Source: Escherichia coli
GTDB taxonomy: Bacteria > Pseudomonadota > Gammaproteobacteria > Enterobacterales > Enterobacteriaceae
Assembly (NCBI RefSeq): GCF_050920415.1
Contig: NZ_CP169309.1
DNA length: 64,000 nt
Strand: one strand, 5' to 3'
This document shows, piece after piece, positions 35,905 to 45,645 of this stretch. The position numbers were made by a program, and so were the translations under genes. The notes below the pieces were generated by a model. It ran no database searches, had not been told where the DNA came from, and was given only the letters and a program-made list of their open reading frames with translations. Numbering within the stretch: the stretch's first letter is position 1; each line of letters starts with the position of its first letter.

Positions 35905-37269
35905 ATGATTAGTGCATTCGATATTTTCAAAATTGGGATTGGACCCTCCAGTTCGCATACCGTGGGGCCGATGAATGCCGGAAAAAGTTTTATTGATCGG
36001 CTGGAAAATAGCGGCTTATTAACCGCGACGAGCCATATTATGGTCGATCTGTACGGGTCGTTGTCACTGACGGGCAAAGGCCATGCCACGGATGTCGCCA
36101 TCATCATGGGACTAGCAGGAAACAGTCCGCAGGATGTTGTTATTGATGAGATCCCTGCATTTATTGAGTTAGTGACGCGCAGCGGGCGGTTGCCGGTGGC
36201 TTCTGGGGCGCATGTTGTTGATTTTCCTGTAGCAAAGAACATTGTTTTCCATCCTGAAATGTTGCCTCGTCATGAGAACGGGATGCGGATTACTGCCTGG
36301 AATGGGCCGAAAGAGCTATTAAGCAAAACTTACTACTCAGTCGGTGGCGGATTTATCGTTGAAGAAGAACACTTCGGTCTGTCGCACGCTGTCGAAACCC
36401 TCGTACCTTACGATTTTCACTCAGCAGGTGAACTGCTGAAAATGTGTGATTACAACGGCCTGTCTATTTCTGGCCTAATGATGCACAACGAGCTGGCGCT
36501 GCGCAGCAAAGCGGAAATTGATGCCGGGTTTGCCCGTATCTGGCAAGTGATGCACGACGGCATTGAACGCGGGATGAATACCGAAGGCGTGCTGCCAGGA
36601 CCGCTTAATGTGCCTCGTCGTGCCGTTGCGTTGCGTCGCCAGCTGGTTTCCAGCGATAACATCTCTAACGATCCGATGAACGTCATCGACTGGATCAACA
36701 TGTACGCGCTGGCAGTGAGTGAAGAAAACGCAGCCGGTGGGCGCGTAGTAACAGCGCCGACCAATGGGGCGTGCGGCATTATTCCGGCTGTGCTGGCTTA
36801 TTATGATAAGTTCCGTCGCCCAGTAAATGAGCGGTCGATTGCCCGCTATCTACTGGCAGCGGGGGCTATTGGCGCGCTGTATAAAATGAACGCTTCCATC
36901 TCTGGCGCGGAAGTCGGCTGTCAGGGGGAAATTGGCGTGGCCTGTTCAATGGCGGCGGCAGGGTTAACTGAACTACTGGGCGGCAGTCCGGCGCAGGTAT
37001 GCAATGCGGCGGAAATTGCGATGGAGCATAACCTTGGGCTGACCTGCGATCCGGTTGCCGGACAGGTACAAATCCCGTGCATTGAACGTAATGCCATTAA
37101 TGCCGTGAAAGCAGTAAACGCTGCGCGGATGGCGATGCGCCGCACCTCGGCACCGCGTGTTTCACTCGATAAAGTGATCGAGACGATGTATGAAACCGGC
37201 AAAGATATGAACGATAAATACCGCGAAACATCACGCGGAGGACTGGCCATTAAAGTGGTCTGCGGTTGA
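35905..37269 (+). CDS. tdcG: L-serine dehydratase TdcG (Fe-S type)
   Basis: ORF 35899..37269 trimmed to MISAFDIFKIGIGPSSSHT. Confidence 0.9.
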   Translation: MISAFDIFKIGIGPSSSHTVGPMNAGKSFIDRLENSGLLTATSHIMVDLYGSLSLTGKGHATDVAIIMGLAGNSPQDVVIDEIPAFIELVTRSGRLPVASGAHVVDFPVAKNIVFHPEMLPRHENGMRITAWNGPKELLSKTYYSVGGGFIVEEEHFGLSHAVETLVPYDFHSAGELLKMCDYNGLSISGLMMHNELALRSKAEIDAGFARIWQVMHDGIERGMNTEGVLPGPLNVPRRAVALRRQLVSSDNISNDPMNVIDWINMYALAVSEENAAGGRVVTAPTNGACGIIPAVLAYYDKFRRPVNERSIARYLLAAGAIGALYKMNASISGAEVGCQGEIGVACSMAAAGLTELLGGSPAQVCNAAEIAMEHNLGLTCDPVAGQVQIPCIERNAINAVKAVNAARMAMRRTSAPRVSLDKVIETMYETGKDMNDKYRETSRGGLAIKVVCG

Positions 37270-37293
37270 CATTGCTGTCAGCTTTCATCCTTG

Positions 37294-37319
37294 GGTGCAC
37301 AAATGTGCACCTTTTTTTT
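37294..37319 (+). terminator. Rho-independent terminator after tdcG
   Basis: GGTGCACAAATGTGCACC hairpin followed by T8. Confidence 0.85.
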
Positions 37320-37543
37320 GTGATCTGCCGCAAATAGAGAATGAATATTCTCTTGCGGTTAATTTAGTAGAAAATTCTTATCCATCTCCGTTATTTCAAA
37401 GTCTTGATTGTGAAGATTTTCTCTGACCTCGCGCGTATCATTTCCTTATTCTAATAACTCGCCTGCAAAAATGTAGACCGCATATCGCCTTGATGCGGCT
37501 CGGAAAAAAATAATAAGCCCTACAAAATATTGAGCGAGAAATT

Positions 37544-38875
37544 ATGGAAATTGCATCGAATAAAGGCGTCATTGCAGACGCTTCGACCCCGGCAGGTCGT
37601 GCTGGAATGAGTGAGAGCGAGTGGCGAGAAGCGATCAAATTCGACAGTACTGACACCGGCTGGGTGATTATGAGTATCGGGATGGCGATTGGCGCAGGGA
37701 TTGTTTTTCTCCCGGTGCAGGTCGGTTTGATGGGATTGTGGGTATTTTTGCTCTCATCGGTGATTGGTTACCCAGCAATGTATCTGTTTCAGCGGTTGTT
37801 TATTAATACGCTGGCAGAATCACCAGAGTGTAAAGATTACCCCAGCGTCATCAGCGGTTATTTAGGTAAAAACTGGGGCATCCTGTTAGGTGCGCTCTAT
37901 TTCGTGATGCTGGTGATCTGGATGTTCGTCTATTCCACTGCCATCACCAACGATAGTGCTTCCTACCTGCATACCTTCGGCGTGACGGAAGGGTTGCTGT
38001 CAGACAGTCCCTTTTATGGTCTGGTACTGATTTGCATTCTGGTGGCGATCTCCTCACGCGGCGAGAAATTGTTATTCAAAATTTCGACGGGGATGGTGCT
38101 GACCAAGCTGCTGGTGGTTGCGGCGCTGGGCGTGTCGATGGTCGGAATGTGGCATCTGTACAACGTCGGTTCGCTGCCGCCGCTGGGGCTGCTGGTGAAA
38201 AACGCCATTATTACGCTGCCGTTTACCCTGACGTCGATTCTGTTTATCCAGACGTTAAGCCCGATGGTGATCTCTTATCGCTCACGGGAAAAATCCATTG
38301 AAGTGGCGCGGCATAAAGCATTGCGGGCAATGAATATCGCGTTTGGCATTTTGTTTGTCACCGTCTTTTTCTACGCCGTGTCGTTCACGCTGGCGATGGG
38401 ACATGACGAAGCGGTAAAAGCCTACGAGCAGAATATTTCCGCGCTGGCAATTGCCGCACAGTTTATTAGCGGTGACGGCGCAGCGTGGGTGAAAGTGGTC
38501 AGCGTCATTCTTAATATTTTTGCCGTAATGACTGCATTCTTTGGTGTCTATTTAGGTTTTCGCGAAGCAACGCAAGGGATCGTAATGAACATCCTGCGTC
38601 GTAAGATGCCCGCCGAGAAGATTAACGAAAATCTCGTTCAGCGCGGCATCATGATTTTCGCCATTTTGCTGGCCTGGAGCGCCATCGTACTGAACGCACC
38701 GGTGTTGAGCTTCACCTCTATCTGTAGCCCGATTTTCGGCATGGTAGGGTGCCTGATCCCGGCGTGGCTGGTTTACAAAGTACCGGCATTGCACAAATAC
38801 AAAGGGATGTCTCTGTACCTGATTATCGTCACTGGTTTGTTGCTTTGTGTATCTCCGTTCCTGGCATTTTCTTGA
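37544..38875 (+). CDS. cyuP: Putative cysteine/serine transporter CyuP (YhaO)
   Basis: 443-aa multi-pass ORF paralogous to TdcC; synteny with cyuA. Confidence 0.88.
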   Translation: MEIASNKGVIADASTPAGRAGMSESEWREAIKFDSTDTGWVIMSIGMAIGAGIVFLPVQVGLMGLWVFLLSSVIGYPAMYLFQRLFINTLAESPECKDYPSVISGYLGKNWGILLGALYFVMLVIWMFVYSTAITNDSASYLHTFGVTEGLLSDSPFYGLVLICILVAISSRGEKLLFKISTGMVLTKLLVVAALGVSMVGMWHLYNVGSLPPLGLLVKNAIITLPFTLTSILFIQTLSPMVISYRSREKSIEVARHKALRAMNIAFGILFVTVFFYAVSFTLAMGHDEAVKAYEQNISALAIAAQFISGDGAAWVKVVSVILNIFAVMTAFFGVYLGFREATQGIVMNILRRKMPAEKINENLVQRGIMIFAILLAWSAIVLNAPVLSFTSICSPIFGMVGCLIPAWLVYKVPALHKYKGMSLYLIIVTGLLLCVSPFLAFS

Positions 38876-38902
38876 TTTACCTGAAATTTTAAGGTTTTTA
38901 TT

Positions 38903-40213
38903 ATGTTTGATTCGACTTTAAATCCGTTATGGCAGCGTTACATCCTCGCCGTTCAGGAGGAAGTAAAACCGGCGCTGGGATGTACTGAACCGATTTCACT
39001 GGCGCTGGCGGCGGCGGTTGCTGCGGCAAAACTGGAAGGTCCGGTTGAACGTGTAGAAGCCTGGGTTTCGCCAAATCTGATGAAGAACGGTCTGGGCGTC
39101 ACCGTTCCTGGCACGGGAATGGTGGGACTGCCGATTGCGGCGGCGCTGGGCGCGTTAGGTGGGAATGCCAATGCCGGGCTGGAAGTGCTGAAAGACGCAA
39201 CTGCGCAGGCAATTGCCGATGCCAAAGCACTGCTGGCGGCGGGGAAAGTCTCAGTTAAGATCCAGGAACCTTGCGATGAAATCCTCTTCTCACGCGCCAA
39301 AGTCTGGAACGGTGAGAAGTGGGCGTGTGTCACCATCGTCGGTGGGCATACCAACATTGTGCATATTGAGACGCACAATGGCGTGGTGTTTACCCAGCAG
39401 GCCAGTGTAGCAGAGGGCGAGCAAGAGTCGCCACTGACGGTGCTCTCCAGAACGACGCTGGCTGAGATCCTGAAGTTCGTCAATGAAGTGCCGTTTGCGG
39501 CGATCCGCTTTATTCTCGATTCTGCGAAGTTAAATTGTGCGTTATCGCAGGAAGGCTTGAGCGGTAACTGGGGGCTGCATATTGGCGCGACGCTGGAGAA
39601 ACAGTGTGCACGCGGTTTGCTGGCGAAAGATCTCTCTTCATCCATTGTGATTCGTACCAGCGCGGCATCCGATGCGCGTATGGGCGGCGCTACGCTTCCG
39701 GCAATGAGTAACTCCGGCTCGGGTAACCAGGGGATCACTGCAACAATGCCTGTGGTGGTGGTAGCAGAACACTTCGGGGCCGATGATGAACGGCTGGCGC
39801 GTGCGCTGATGCTTTCGCATTTGAGCGCGATTTACATCCATAACCAGTTACCGCGTTTGTCTGCGCTTTGTGCCGCAACGACCGCAGCAATGGGGGCCGC
39901 CGCCGGGATGGCATGGCTGGTGGATGGGCGTTATGAAACCATCTCGATGGCGATCAGCAGTATGATCGGCGATGTCAGCGGCATGATTTGCGATGGTGCG
40001 TCCAACAGCTGCGCGATGAAGGTTTCGACCAGTGCTTCGGCTGCGTGGAAAGCAGTGTTAATGGCGCTGGATGATACCGCTGTGACCGGTAATGAAGGTA
40101 TTGTGGCGCATGATGTTGAGCAGTCGATTGCCAACCTGTGTGCGCTGGCAAGCCATTCGATGCAGCAAACGGATCGGCAGATTATCGAGATTATAGCGAG
40201 CAAGGCCAGATAA
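38903..40213 (+). CDS. cyuA: L-cysteine desulfidase CyuA (YhaM)
   Basis: 436-aa ORF, UPF0597/serine-dehydratase-like family. Confidence 0.88.
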   Translation: MFDSTLNPLWQRYILAVQEEVKPALGCTEPISLALAAAVAAAKLEGPVERVEAWVSPNLMKNGLGVTVPGTGMVGLPIAAALGALGGNANAGLEVLKDATAQAIADAKALLAAGKVSVKIQEPCDEILFSRAKVWNGEKWACVTIVGGHTNIVHIETHNGVVFTQQASVAEGEQESPLTVLSRTTLAEILKFVNEVPFAAIRFILDSAKLNCALSQEGLSGNWGLHIGATLEKQCARGLLAKDLSSSIVIRTSAASDARMGGATLPAMSNSGSGNQGITATMPVVVVAEHFGADDERLARALMLSHLSAIYIHNQLPRLSALCAATTAAMGAAAGMAWLVDGRYETISMAISSMIGDVSGMICDGASNSCAMKVSTSASAAWKAVLMALDDTAVTGNEGIVAHDVEQSIANLCALASHSMQQTDRQIIEIIASKAR

Positions 40214-40232
40214 ACACCTGGTTTTGGGTATC

Positions 40233-40337
<105 letters not shown>

Positions 40338-40345
40338 ACCTGTCT

Positions 40346-40510
40346 TTACGCGGTAGCTTCATCCTCGGCTAAACGCGTTTCAGCATCCGCGACAATGGCT
40401 TCCAGTTCGCTCAACATCTCTTCATAGCCAAAATTATTGGCGGTGCGAGCCGGTTCCTTCGCCACCACGGGCTTCACCGGCTGACGCTTTTTGGCCGATT
40501 TTTTACTCAT
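40346..40510 (-). CDS. yhaL: Small protein YhaL (54 aa)
   Basis: Manually translated minus-strand ORF MSKKSAKKRQPVKPVVAKEPARTANNFGYEEMLSELEAIVADAETRLAEDEATA (below the ORF-track length cutoff); GGAG RBS. Confidence 0.7.
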   Translation of the reverse strand: MSKKSAKKRQPVKPVVAKEPARTANNFGYEEMLSELEAIVADAETRLAEDEATA

Positions 40511-40532
40511 CTTCATCTCCCTGTAAAAACAA

Positions 40533-41234
40533 CTAGACAGGCAAATCTATCAGCAAAGCGCGCAGTGGGGAATCGGCAACCAGCGTAATGTTAGCCTCGT
40601 CACGAATAAACGCCCCATCACCGCAGGTCAGCACCGCTTTCTCTTCATGATGCGTAAGCGCATGAAATTGCCCGTGAATCGATTGCAAATACGCGCGTGG
40701 CCCATGCAACTGGAAATTCGCACTTTCGCCTTTGTCTAGCACGATATGATGCAGCCACACTTGCTGGCGCAACTGCAGGCTTCCCATCGCCCCCTCTGGC
40801 GAGGCGATTAATTGCTGCTTGCCCATATCAAGCGCCAGTTTTTGAATCAGCGGATTCTCTCGCTGCGGGCAGGCATCCAGCCAAAGCTGCATCCGTGTTA
40901 ACGGTTTGTCTTTGCTGAGATTGTGTTCGCTATAGCTGATACCCGGCTGGGTAGAGAGCAGCAACGCTTCACCTGCGTAGGCCTGAATATGATTGCCTTC
41001 GCTGTCGCGATACTCAGCTTCTCCATCCAGAATCACATTTAAAATATCGACTTTGGGATAGGTTCGTGGCTGAAAGGCGGCACCTGGGGCCAGAACTTCC
41101 TGGTTAAGCACACGCAGGGAGGCATAACCTAACAATTTCGGGTCGAAGTAGTGTCCAAAGGAAAAAGTATACCGGGCCTGCAACCATCCGTAGTCTGCTT
41201 GTCCACACTGCCTGGCAGTTCGGGTAGTAATCAT
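40533..41234 (-). CDS. yhaK: Pirin-like bicupin protein YhaK
   Basis: 233-aa ORF divergent from yhaJ. Confidence 0.88.
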   Translation of the reverse strand: MITTRTARQCGQADYGWLQARYTFSFGHYFDPKLLGYASLRVLNQEVLAPGAAFQPRTYPKVDILNVILDGEAEYRDSEGNHIQAYAGEALLLSTQPGISYSEHNLSKDKPLTRMQLWLDACPQRENPLIQKLALDMGKQQLIASPEGAMGSLQLRQQVWLHHIVLDKGESANFQLHGPRAYLQSIHGQFHALTHHEEKAVLTCGDGAFIRDEANITLVADSPLRALLIDLPV

Positions 41235-41338
41235 AATTCTTGACCTCTCTTTACTTCCTTTTATGGTAAGGGGCTGGACGCTACATTGTTAGCCAGATAT
41301 TCTGCCCGGTATGTTCAAATTTCCTGAATGAGAACGAA

Positions 41339-42235
41339 ATGGCCAAAGAAAGGGCATTAACGCTGGAAGCACTACGGGTTATGGATGCGATCGATCGCCG
41401 GGGCAGTTTTGCGGCGGCGGCGGATGAGCTGGGACGCGTGCCTTCCGCACTTAGCTACACCATGCAAAAACTGGAAGAAGAGCTGGATGTGGTGTTGTTT
41501 GACCGCTCGGGCCATCGCACCAAATTCACCAATGTCGGGCGAATGTTGCTGGAGCGAGGGCGCGTTTTGCTGGAAGCCGCAGATAAACTGACTACCGATG
41601 CGGAAGCCCTCGCGCGCGGTTGGGAAACGCATCTCACCATTGTGACTGAGGCGCTGGTACCGACACCCGCCTTTTTCCCGTTAATCGACAAATTGGCGGC
41701 AAAAGCCAATACCCAACTGGCAATCATCACTGAAGTGCTGGCAGGGGCGTGGGAACGGCTGGAGCAGGGGCGGGCGGATATTGTTATCGCGCCGGATATG
41801 CATTTTCGCTCCTCGTCGGAGATCAACTCGCGCAAACTCTATACCTTAATGAACGTCTATGTTGCCGCGCCAGATCACCCGATTCATCAAGAGCCAGAAC
41901 CGCTCTCTGAAGTGACGCGTGTGAAATATCGTGGTATTGCGGTGGCGGATACCGCTCGTGAGCGCCCGGTATTGACCGTACAGCTGCTGGACAAACAGCC
42001 GCGCTTAACGGTGAGTACAATTGAAGATAAACGTCAGGCGTTACTGGCGGGGCTTGGCGTGGCGACGATGCCGTATCCGATGGTTGAAAAAGATATTGCG
42101 GAAGGACGGTTGCGTGTCGTCAGCCCGGAATCGACCAGCGAGATCGATATTATTATGGCCTGGCGTCGTGACAGTATGGGGGAAGCGAAATCCTGGTGTC
42201 TGCGGGAAATACCCAAACTTTTTAGCGGAAAATAA
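41339..42235 (+). CDS. yhaJ: LysR-family transcriptional regulator YhaJ
   Basis: 298-aa ORF with N-terminal LysR HTH. Confidence 0.88.
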   Translation: MAKERALTLEALRVMDAIDRRGSFAAAADELGRVPSALSYTMQKLEEELDVVLFDRSGHRTKFTNVGRMLLERGRVLLEAADKLTTDAEALARGWETHLTIVTEALVPTPAFFPLIDKLAAKANTQLAIITEVLAGAWERLEQGRADIVIAPDMHFRSSSEINSRKLYTLMNVYVAAPDHPIHQEPEPLSEVTRVKYRGIAVADTARERPVLTVQLLDKQPRLTVSTIEDKRQALLAGLGVATMPYPMVEKDIAEGRLRVVSPESTSEIDIIMAWRRDSMGEAKSWCLREIPKLFSGK

Positions 42236-42285
42236 TATTTGTTATTTTTAATAAAAAGGGGCGAAATATCGCCCCAATTCTAAGA

Positions 42286-42642
42286 TTAATTTGAACCAAA
42301 CTTCGGATCGTTTCCGTAACGATTGCTGCCAGAATTGCCTTCTAAACAGGCAAATACAAACAGAACTAACCAGCCAATGACCGGTACCAGATAGAGAAGC
42401 GCCCACGCACCTGAACGGTCAGTATCGTGCAGACGACGAACGCACAGAGCAATGACCGGAATGATTGTTGCTGCCAGGTAAATGAGAGAAAGGAATGGAA
42501 ACTCTAAACCTAAAATCAATTGAATGACATTGATAATAGCGCCGACGATGGCGTTAATCAGAGTAAACATCCAGTACTCTTTACGACGTGCACGACCAGA
42601 GAAACCAACATAATTTTTTAATACGGCTAAATACCACTGCAT
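42286..42642 (-). CDS. yhaI: Inner membrane protein YhaI (DUF805)
   Basis: 118-aa ORF; paralogous to yhaH (shared YLKVLKNYVGF..GRARRKEYWMF motif). Confidence 0.85.
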   Translation of the reverse strand: MQWYLAVLKNYVGFSGRARRKEYWMFTLINAIVGAIINVIQLILGLEFPFLSLIYLAATIIPVIALCVRRLHDTDRSGAWALLYLVPVIGWLVLFVFACLEGNSGSNRYGNDPKFGSN

Positions 42643-42883
42643 AAAAACATCCCTTTAATTAAAAGTTGCGAAAGTCTATTCCGGGGATGGAGTAAATGCT
42701 ATTCGTATCTTTCTTTTTCGGATGTTATAAAGGTTTTGATATTTAAGATAAATACATGGCCGTTTTTTATATGTAATTTATATAACGACATTGAAATAAT
42801 TTAAATAAACATTAGTAGATTATTTATTCATCAACATGATGATAAAAGCCGGATGAGTCAGACATCCGGCGAGGAGATTTGTT

Positions 42884-43249
42884 TTAAGGTTCCAGTTTTG
42901 GATCTGGTCCAAAGCGGTTTTCGCCTGGCGTACCCGCCTGACAGTTAAAGACGATGATAATAAGCCAGCCGATAAACGGGATTAAGAACAACAGTGCCCA
43001 CCATGCCGAGCGGTCGGTGTCGTGCAGGCGGCGGAACTGAACTGCCCACCATGGTAAAAACACCAGAATACCGTAGATTGTCGTCAGGATGCCTTCGCCA
43101 CCGGCACGTTGCCAGCCTAACATTTTATCCAGTAGCCCCAGCACGAACGTAAAGATGATGTTGACCAGAATAAACATCCAGTACTCTTTGCGCCGCGCAC
43201 GACCCCGGAAACCGACATAATTTTTTAGTACTTTCAGATACCAGTCCAT
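42884..43249 (-). CDS. yhaH: Inner membrane protein YhaH (DUF805)
   Basis: ORF 42884..43270 trimmed to MDWYLKVLKNY... Confidence 0.85.
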   Translation of the reverse strand: MDWYLKVLKNYVGFRGRARRKEYWMFILVNIIFTFVLGLLDKMLGWQRAGGEGILTTIYGILVFLPWWAVQFRRLHDTDRSAWWALLFLIPFIGWLIIIVFNCQAGTPGENRFGPDPKLEP

Positions 43250-43380
43250 TTTTGCCTCAATTTTGCTCAATCACTTGTTTTTAAAGCAGCAAATTAAGAA
43301 TAGACGTGAATGAAATGGCAGTAAATATTATCTCGATGAATTAATAAGGCGCTGTGAAGGATAAGGGCAAGCGCAAAATT

Positions 43381-43490
43381 GCCAGATGCGCTACGCTTAT
43401 CTGGCCTGCGCGGTCATTGCAATATATTGAATATACAATGTTTTGTAGATCAGATAAGGCGTTCACGCCGCATCCGACATGAACAACACG
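43381..43490. repeat. REP/BIME element
   Basis: GCCAGATGCGCTACGCTTATCTGGCCTGCG and GATAAGGCGTTCACGCCGCATCCGACA REP units. Confidence 0.85.
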
Positions 43491-43532
43491 CACTTAGCTA
43501 ATTATCAGAGGCACCTCGTAAGGTGCTTTTTT

Positions 43533-44519
43533 TTAACCGAAGCGAACATCTCGTCCGTGCGGTTCATCGAGATCCTGCCACGGACCAATTGAAATAATCC
43601 CCGTAGGGTTGATGGTCTTATGGCTGCGGAAGTAGTGATTACGGATGTGAGCGAAATTGACGGTTTCGGCAATCCCTGGCATCTGGTAGATATCGCGCAG
43701 GAAGCCGTACAAGTTAAGGTAATCGCTGATACGGTGCTTATCGCACTTGAAGTGGGTGACATACACCGGATCAAAACGCACCAGTGTGGTCCACAGGCGA
43801 ATATCGGCTTCGGTTAGCTGGTTGCCGGTCAGGTAACGATGCTGACCTAAAATCTGTTCCAGCCGCGCCAGCGATTCAAACACTTTCACCACTGCCTCGT
43901 CGTAGGCTTGCTGGCTGGTGGCAAAACCGGCTTTATACACGCCATTGTTAACGGTGTCGTAAATCCAGCCGTTAAGTTCGTCAATTTTCGGTTGCAGGGC
44001 TGGTGGGTAGTAATCTCCAGCTTTCGCACCCAGCGCATCAAACGCGGTATTGAACATGCGTATGATTTCTGCTGATTCGTTGCTGACGATGGTGTGGTTC
44101 TTTTTGTCCCACAGTACGGGAACAGTAACTCGTCCGCTGTAGTGTGGATCGGCGTGGAGATAAAGCTGATACAGAAATTCATGTTGATAGAGCGTGTCGC
44201 CGGTTGCTCCCGGAAAACTGTCATCAAAGGTCCAGCCGTTTTCCAGCATCAGCGGGTTCACTACGGAAACGGAAATAAACGGTTCCAGTCCTTTGAGCTT
44301 ACGCATGATCAGTGTGCGGTGCGCCCACGGGCAGGCGAGTGAAACATAGAGATGATAACGATCTTTCTCTGCGGCAAAACCGCCTTTGCCAGTGGGGCCT
44401 GGCGCGCCATCGGCAGTGAGCCAGTTACGAAATGCGGAAGCTGAACGTTGAAATTTACCGCCGGTGGATTTGGTATCGTACCAGGTGTCATGCCAGACGC
44501 CGTCAATCAGTTGACCCAT
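43533..44519 (-). CDS. yqjG: Glutathionyl-hydroquinone reductase YqjG (Xi-class GST)
   Basis: ORF 43533..44702 trimmed to MGQLIDGVWHDTWYD with GGAGG RBS; the upstream in-frame extension runs through REP sequence. Confidence 0.9.
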   Translation of the reverse strand: MGQLIDGVWHDTWYDTKSTGGKFQRSASAFRNWLTADGAPGPTGKGGFAAEKDRYHLYVSLACPWAHRTLIMRKLKGLEPFISVSVVNPLMLENGWTFDDSFPGATGDTLYQHEFLYQLYLHADPHYSGRVTVPVLWDKKNHTIVSNESAEIIRMFNTAFDALGAKAGDYYPPALQPKIDELNGWIYDTVNNGVYKAGFATSQQAYDEAVVKVFESLARLEQILGQHRYLTGNQLTEADIRLWTTLVRFDPVYVTHFKCDKHRISDYLNLYGFLRDIYQMPGIAETVNFAHIRNHYFRSHKTINPTGIISIGPWQDLDEPHGRDVRFG

Positions 44520-44540
44520 TTTTCTCTCCTCCAATAGCAA

Positions 44541-44565
44541 AAACGAGGAGCGTTTCTCCTCGTTT
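44541..44565 (-). terminator. Hairpin with T-tract (minus strand) between the REP cluster and the yqjG RBS
   Basis: AAACGAGGAG-N5-CTCCTCGTTT stem-loop. Confidence 0.5.
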
Positions 44566-44587
44566 GAGACTGATGGCAAACGCAAAA

Positions 44588-44690
44588 CTGCCTGATGCGC
44601 TATGCTTATCAGGCCTACGAGGTTTCTGCAATGTATTGAATTTGCATGTTTTTGTAGGCCGGATAAGGCGTTCACGCCGCATCCGGCATG
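44588..44690. repeat. REP/BIME element
   Basis: CTGATGCGCTATGCTTATCAGGCCTAC and GTAGGCCGGATAAGGCGTTCACGCCGCATCCGGCA. Confidence 0.85.
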
Positions 44691-44716
44691 AACAACGCGC
44701 ACTTTGTCAACAATCT

Positions 44717-44746
44717 GAAACGAGGAGTGTTCCCCCTCGTTTTTTA
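44717..44746. terminator. Hairpin with flanking A- and T-tracts downstream of yqjF (possibly bidirectional)
   Basis: GAAACGAGGAGTGTTCCCCCTCGTTTTTT. Confidence 0.5.
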
Positions 44747-44766
44747 TCGTTAAGTATAGCGCGTAC

Positions 44767-45159
44767 TTACCACTTTTTATTCAACAGACGGTCGATGCTA
44801 TACGCGCCCGGACCGGTAATCGCCAGCAGCAGGAATCCGCCAGAAATAGTCAGGTTTTTCATAAACATCAGCGAGTTCATGCCTTCTGCAAAATTGCTGT
44901 GAAATAAAAATGCCGTCAGCAGCGTAAAGCCCGCAGTAAACAGGGCAGTGGTACGTGTCAGGAAACCGAACAGGATTGCCAGACCACCACCAAACTCAAG
45001 CAGAATCACCAGTGGCAACATAAAGCCAGGGACACCCATCGCTTCCATATATTGTTGCGTACCCGCGTAGCCAGTAATTTTTCCCCAACCTGCCGTAATA
45101 AACAGAATCGGCATTAAAATGCGTGCGACCAGTACCCCAACATCTTCTAATTTTTTCAT
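44767..45159 (-). CDS. yqjF: DoxX-family inner membrane protein YqjF
   Basis: ORF 44767..45249 trimmed to MKKLEDVGVLVARILMP... Confidence 0.85.
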   Translation of the reverse strand: MKKLEDVGVLVARILMPILFITAGWGKITGYAGTQQYMEAMGVPGFMLPLVILLEFGGGLAILFGFLTRTTALFTAGFTLLTAFLFHSNFAEGMNSLMFMKNLTISGGFLLLAITGPGAYSIDRLLNKKW

Positions 45160-45316
45160 CTTACTCTCCACTGCGCCGCTCAGGCTGCTGATTGTTTTTT
45201 TGTGCAAGGGCGCGGTATTAGCGTCGTTGCTTTCGATGGAGAGAATCATAAACGTGGCGAAGCGTGATTGTTAGCAAGGAAAACTGTCAAATATTTTCAA
45301 AAAATTTGAGGAATAA

Positions 45317-45335
45317 GGCCGGAATGTCTCCGGCC
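45317..45335 (-). terminator. Stem-loop downstream of yqjK
   Basis: GGCCGGA-ATGTC-TCCGGCC hairpin followed by a T-rich tract on the minus strand. Confidence 0.5.
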
Positions 45336-45345
45336 AGAGAGGAAG

Positions 45346-45645
45346 TTAACCGCGAAGCTGTTGTTGCTTGAGGGTTGTTTTCACCAGACGCCAGGCGCTC
45401 CATACACCAAAACCGCGTCTGGCCCAGCGGACCAGCATATTGGGATGACGAATCGTCCAGATAGCCATCACACTACTGCCAACCAGCGCCCAGGAGCGCA
45501 GACTCAGCAGCATATTCCAGCGACGATCATAAGCGCCTGTCGCCTCCAGCCATTCACGACGACTGGCGGAAAGATCCAGCCGTTGTTGCTGGATCTGGCT
45601 AAGCAGTTGCGCCTTACGTCGTTCACGTTCGACTTTACTGCTCAC
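45346..45645 (-). CDS. yqjK: Uncharacterized protein YqjK
   Basis: ORF 45346..45783 trimmed to GTG start at 45643-45645 (VSSKVERERRKAQ...) with GGAGG RBS; overlaps the yqjE stop. Confidence 0.75.
   Translation of the reverse strand: MSSKVERERRKAQLLSQIQQQRLDLSASRREWLEATGAYDRRWNMLLSLRSWALVGSSVMAIWTIRHPNMLVRWARRGFGVWSAWRLVKTTLKQQQLRG

Noticed and set aside
43533-44702. N-terminally extended ORF versions in the six-frame track (yqjG 389 aa, lpoA 688, agaD 312, kbaZ 448, garK 408, exuT 472, uxaC 491, rlmG 481, yqjF 160 and others)
   Set aside because: The extensions run through REP elements or neighbouring genes and lack an RBS; internal start codons with Shine-Dalgarno sequences give products matching the expected protein N-termini.
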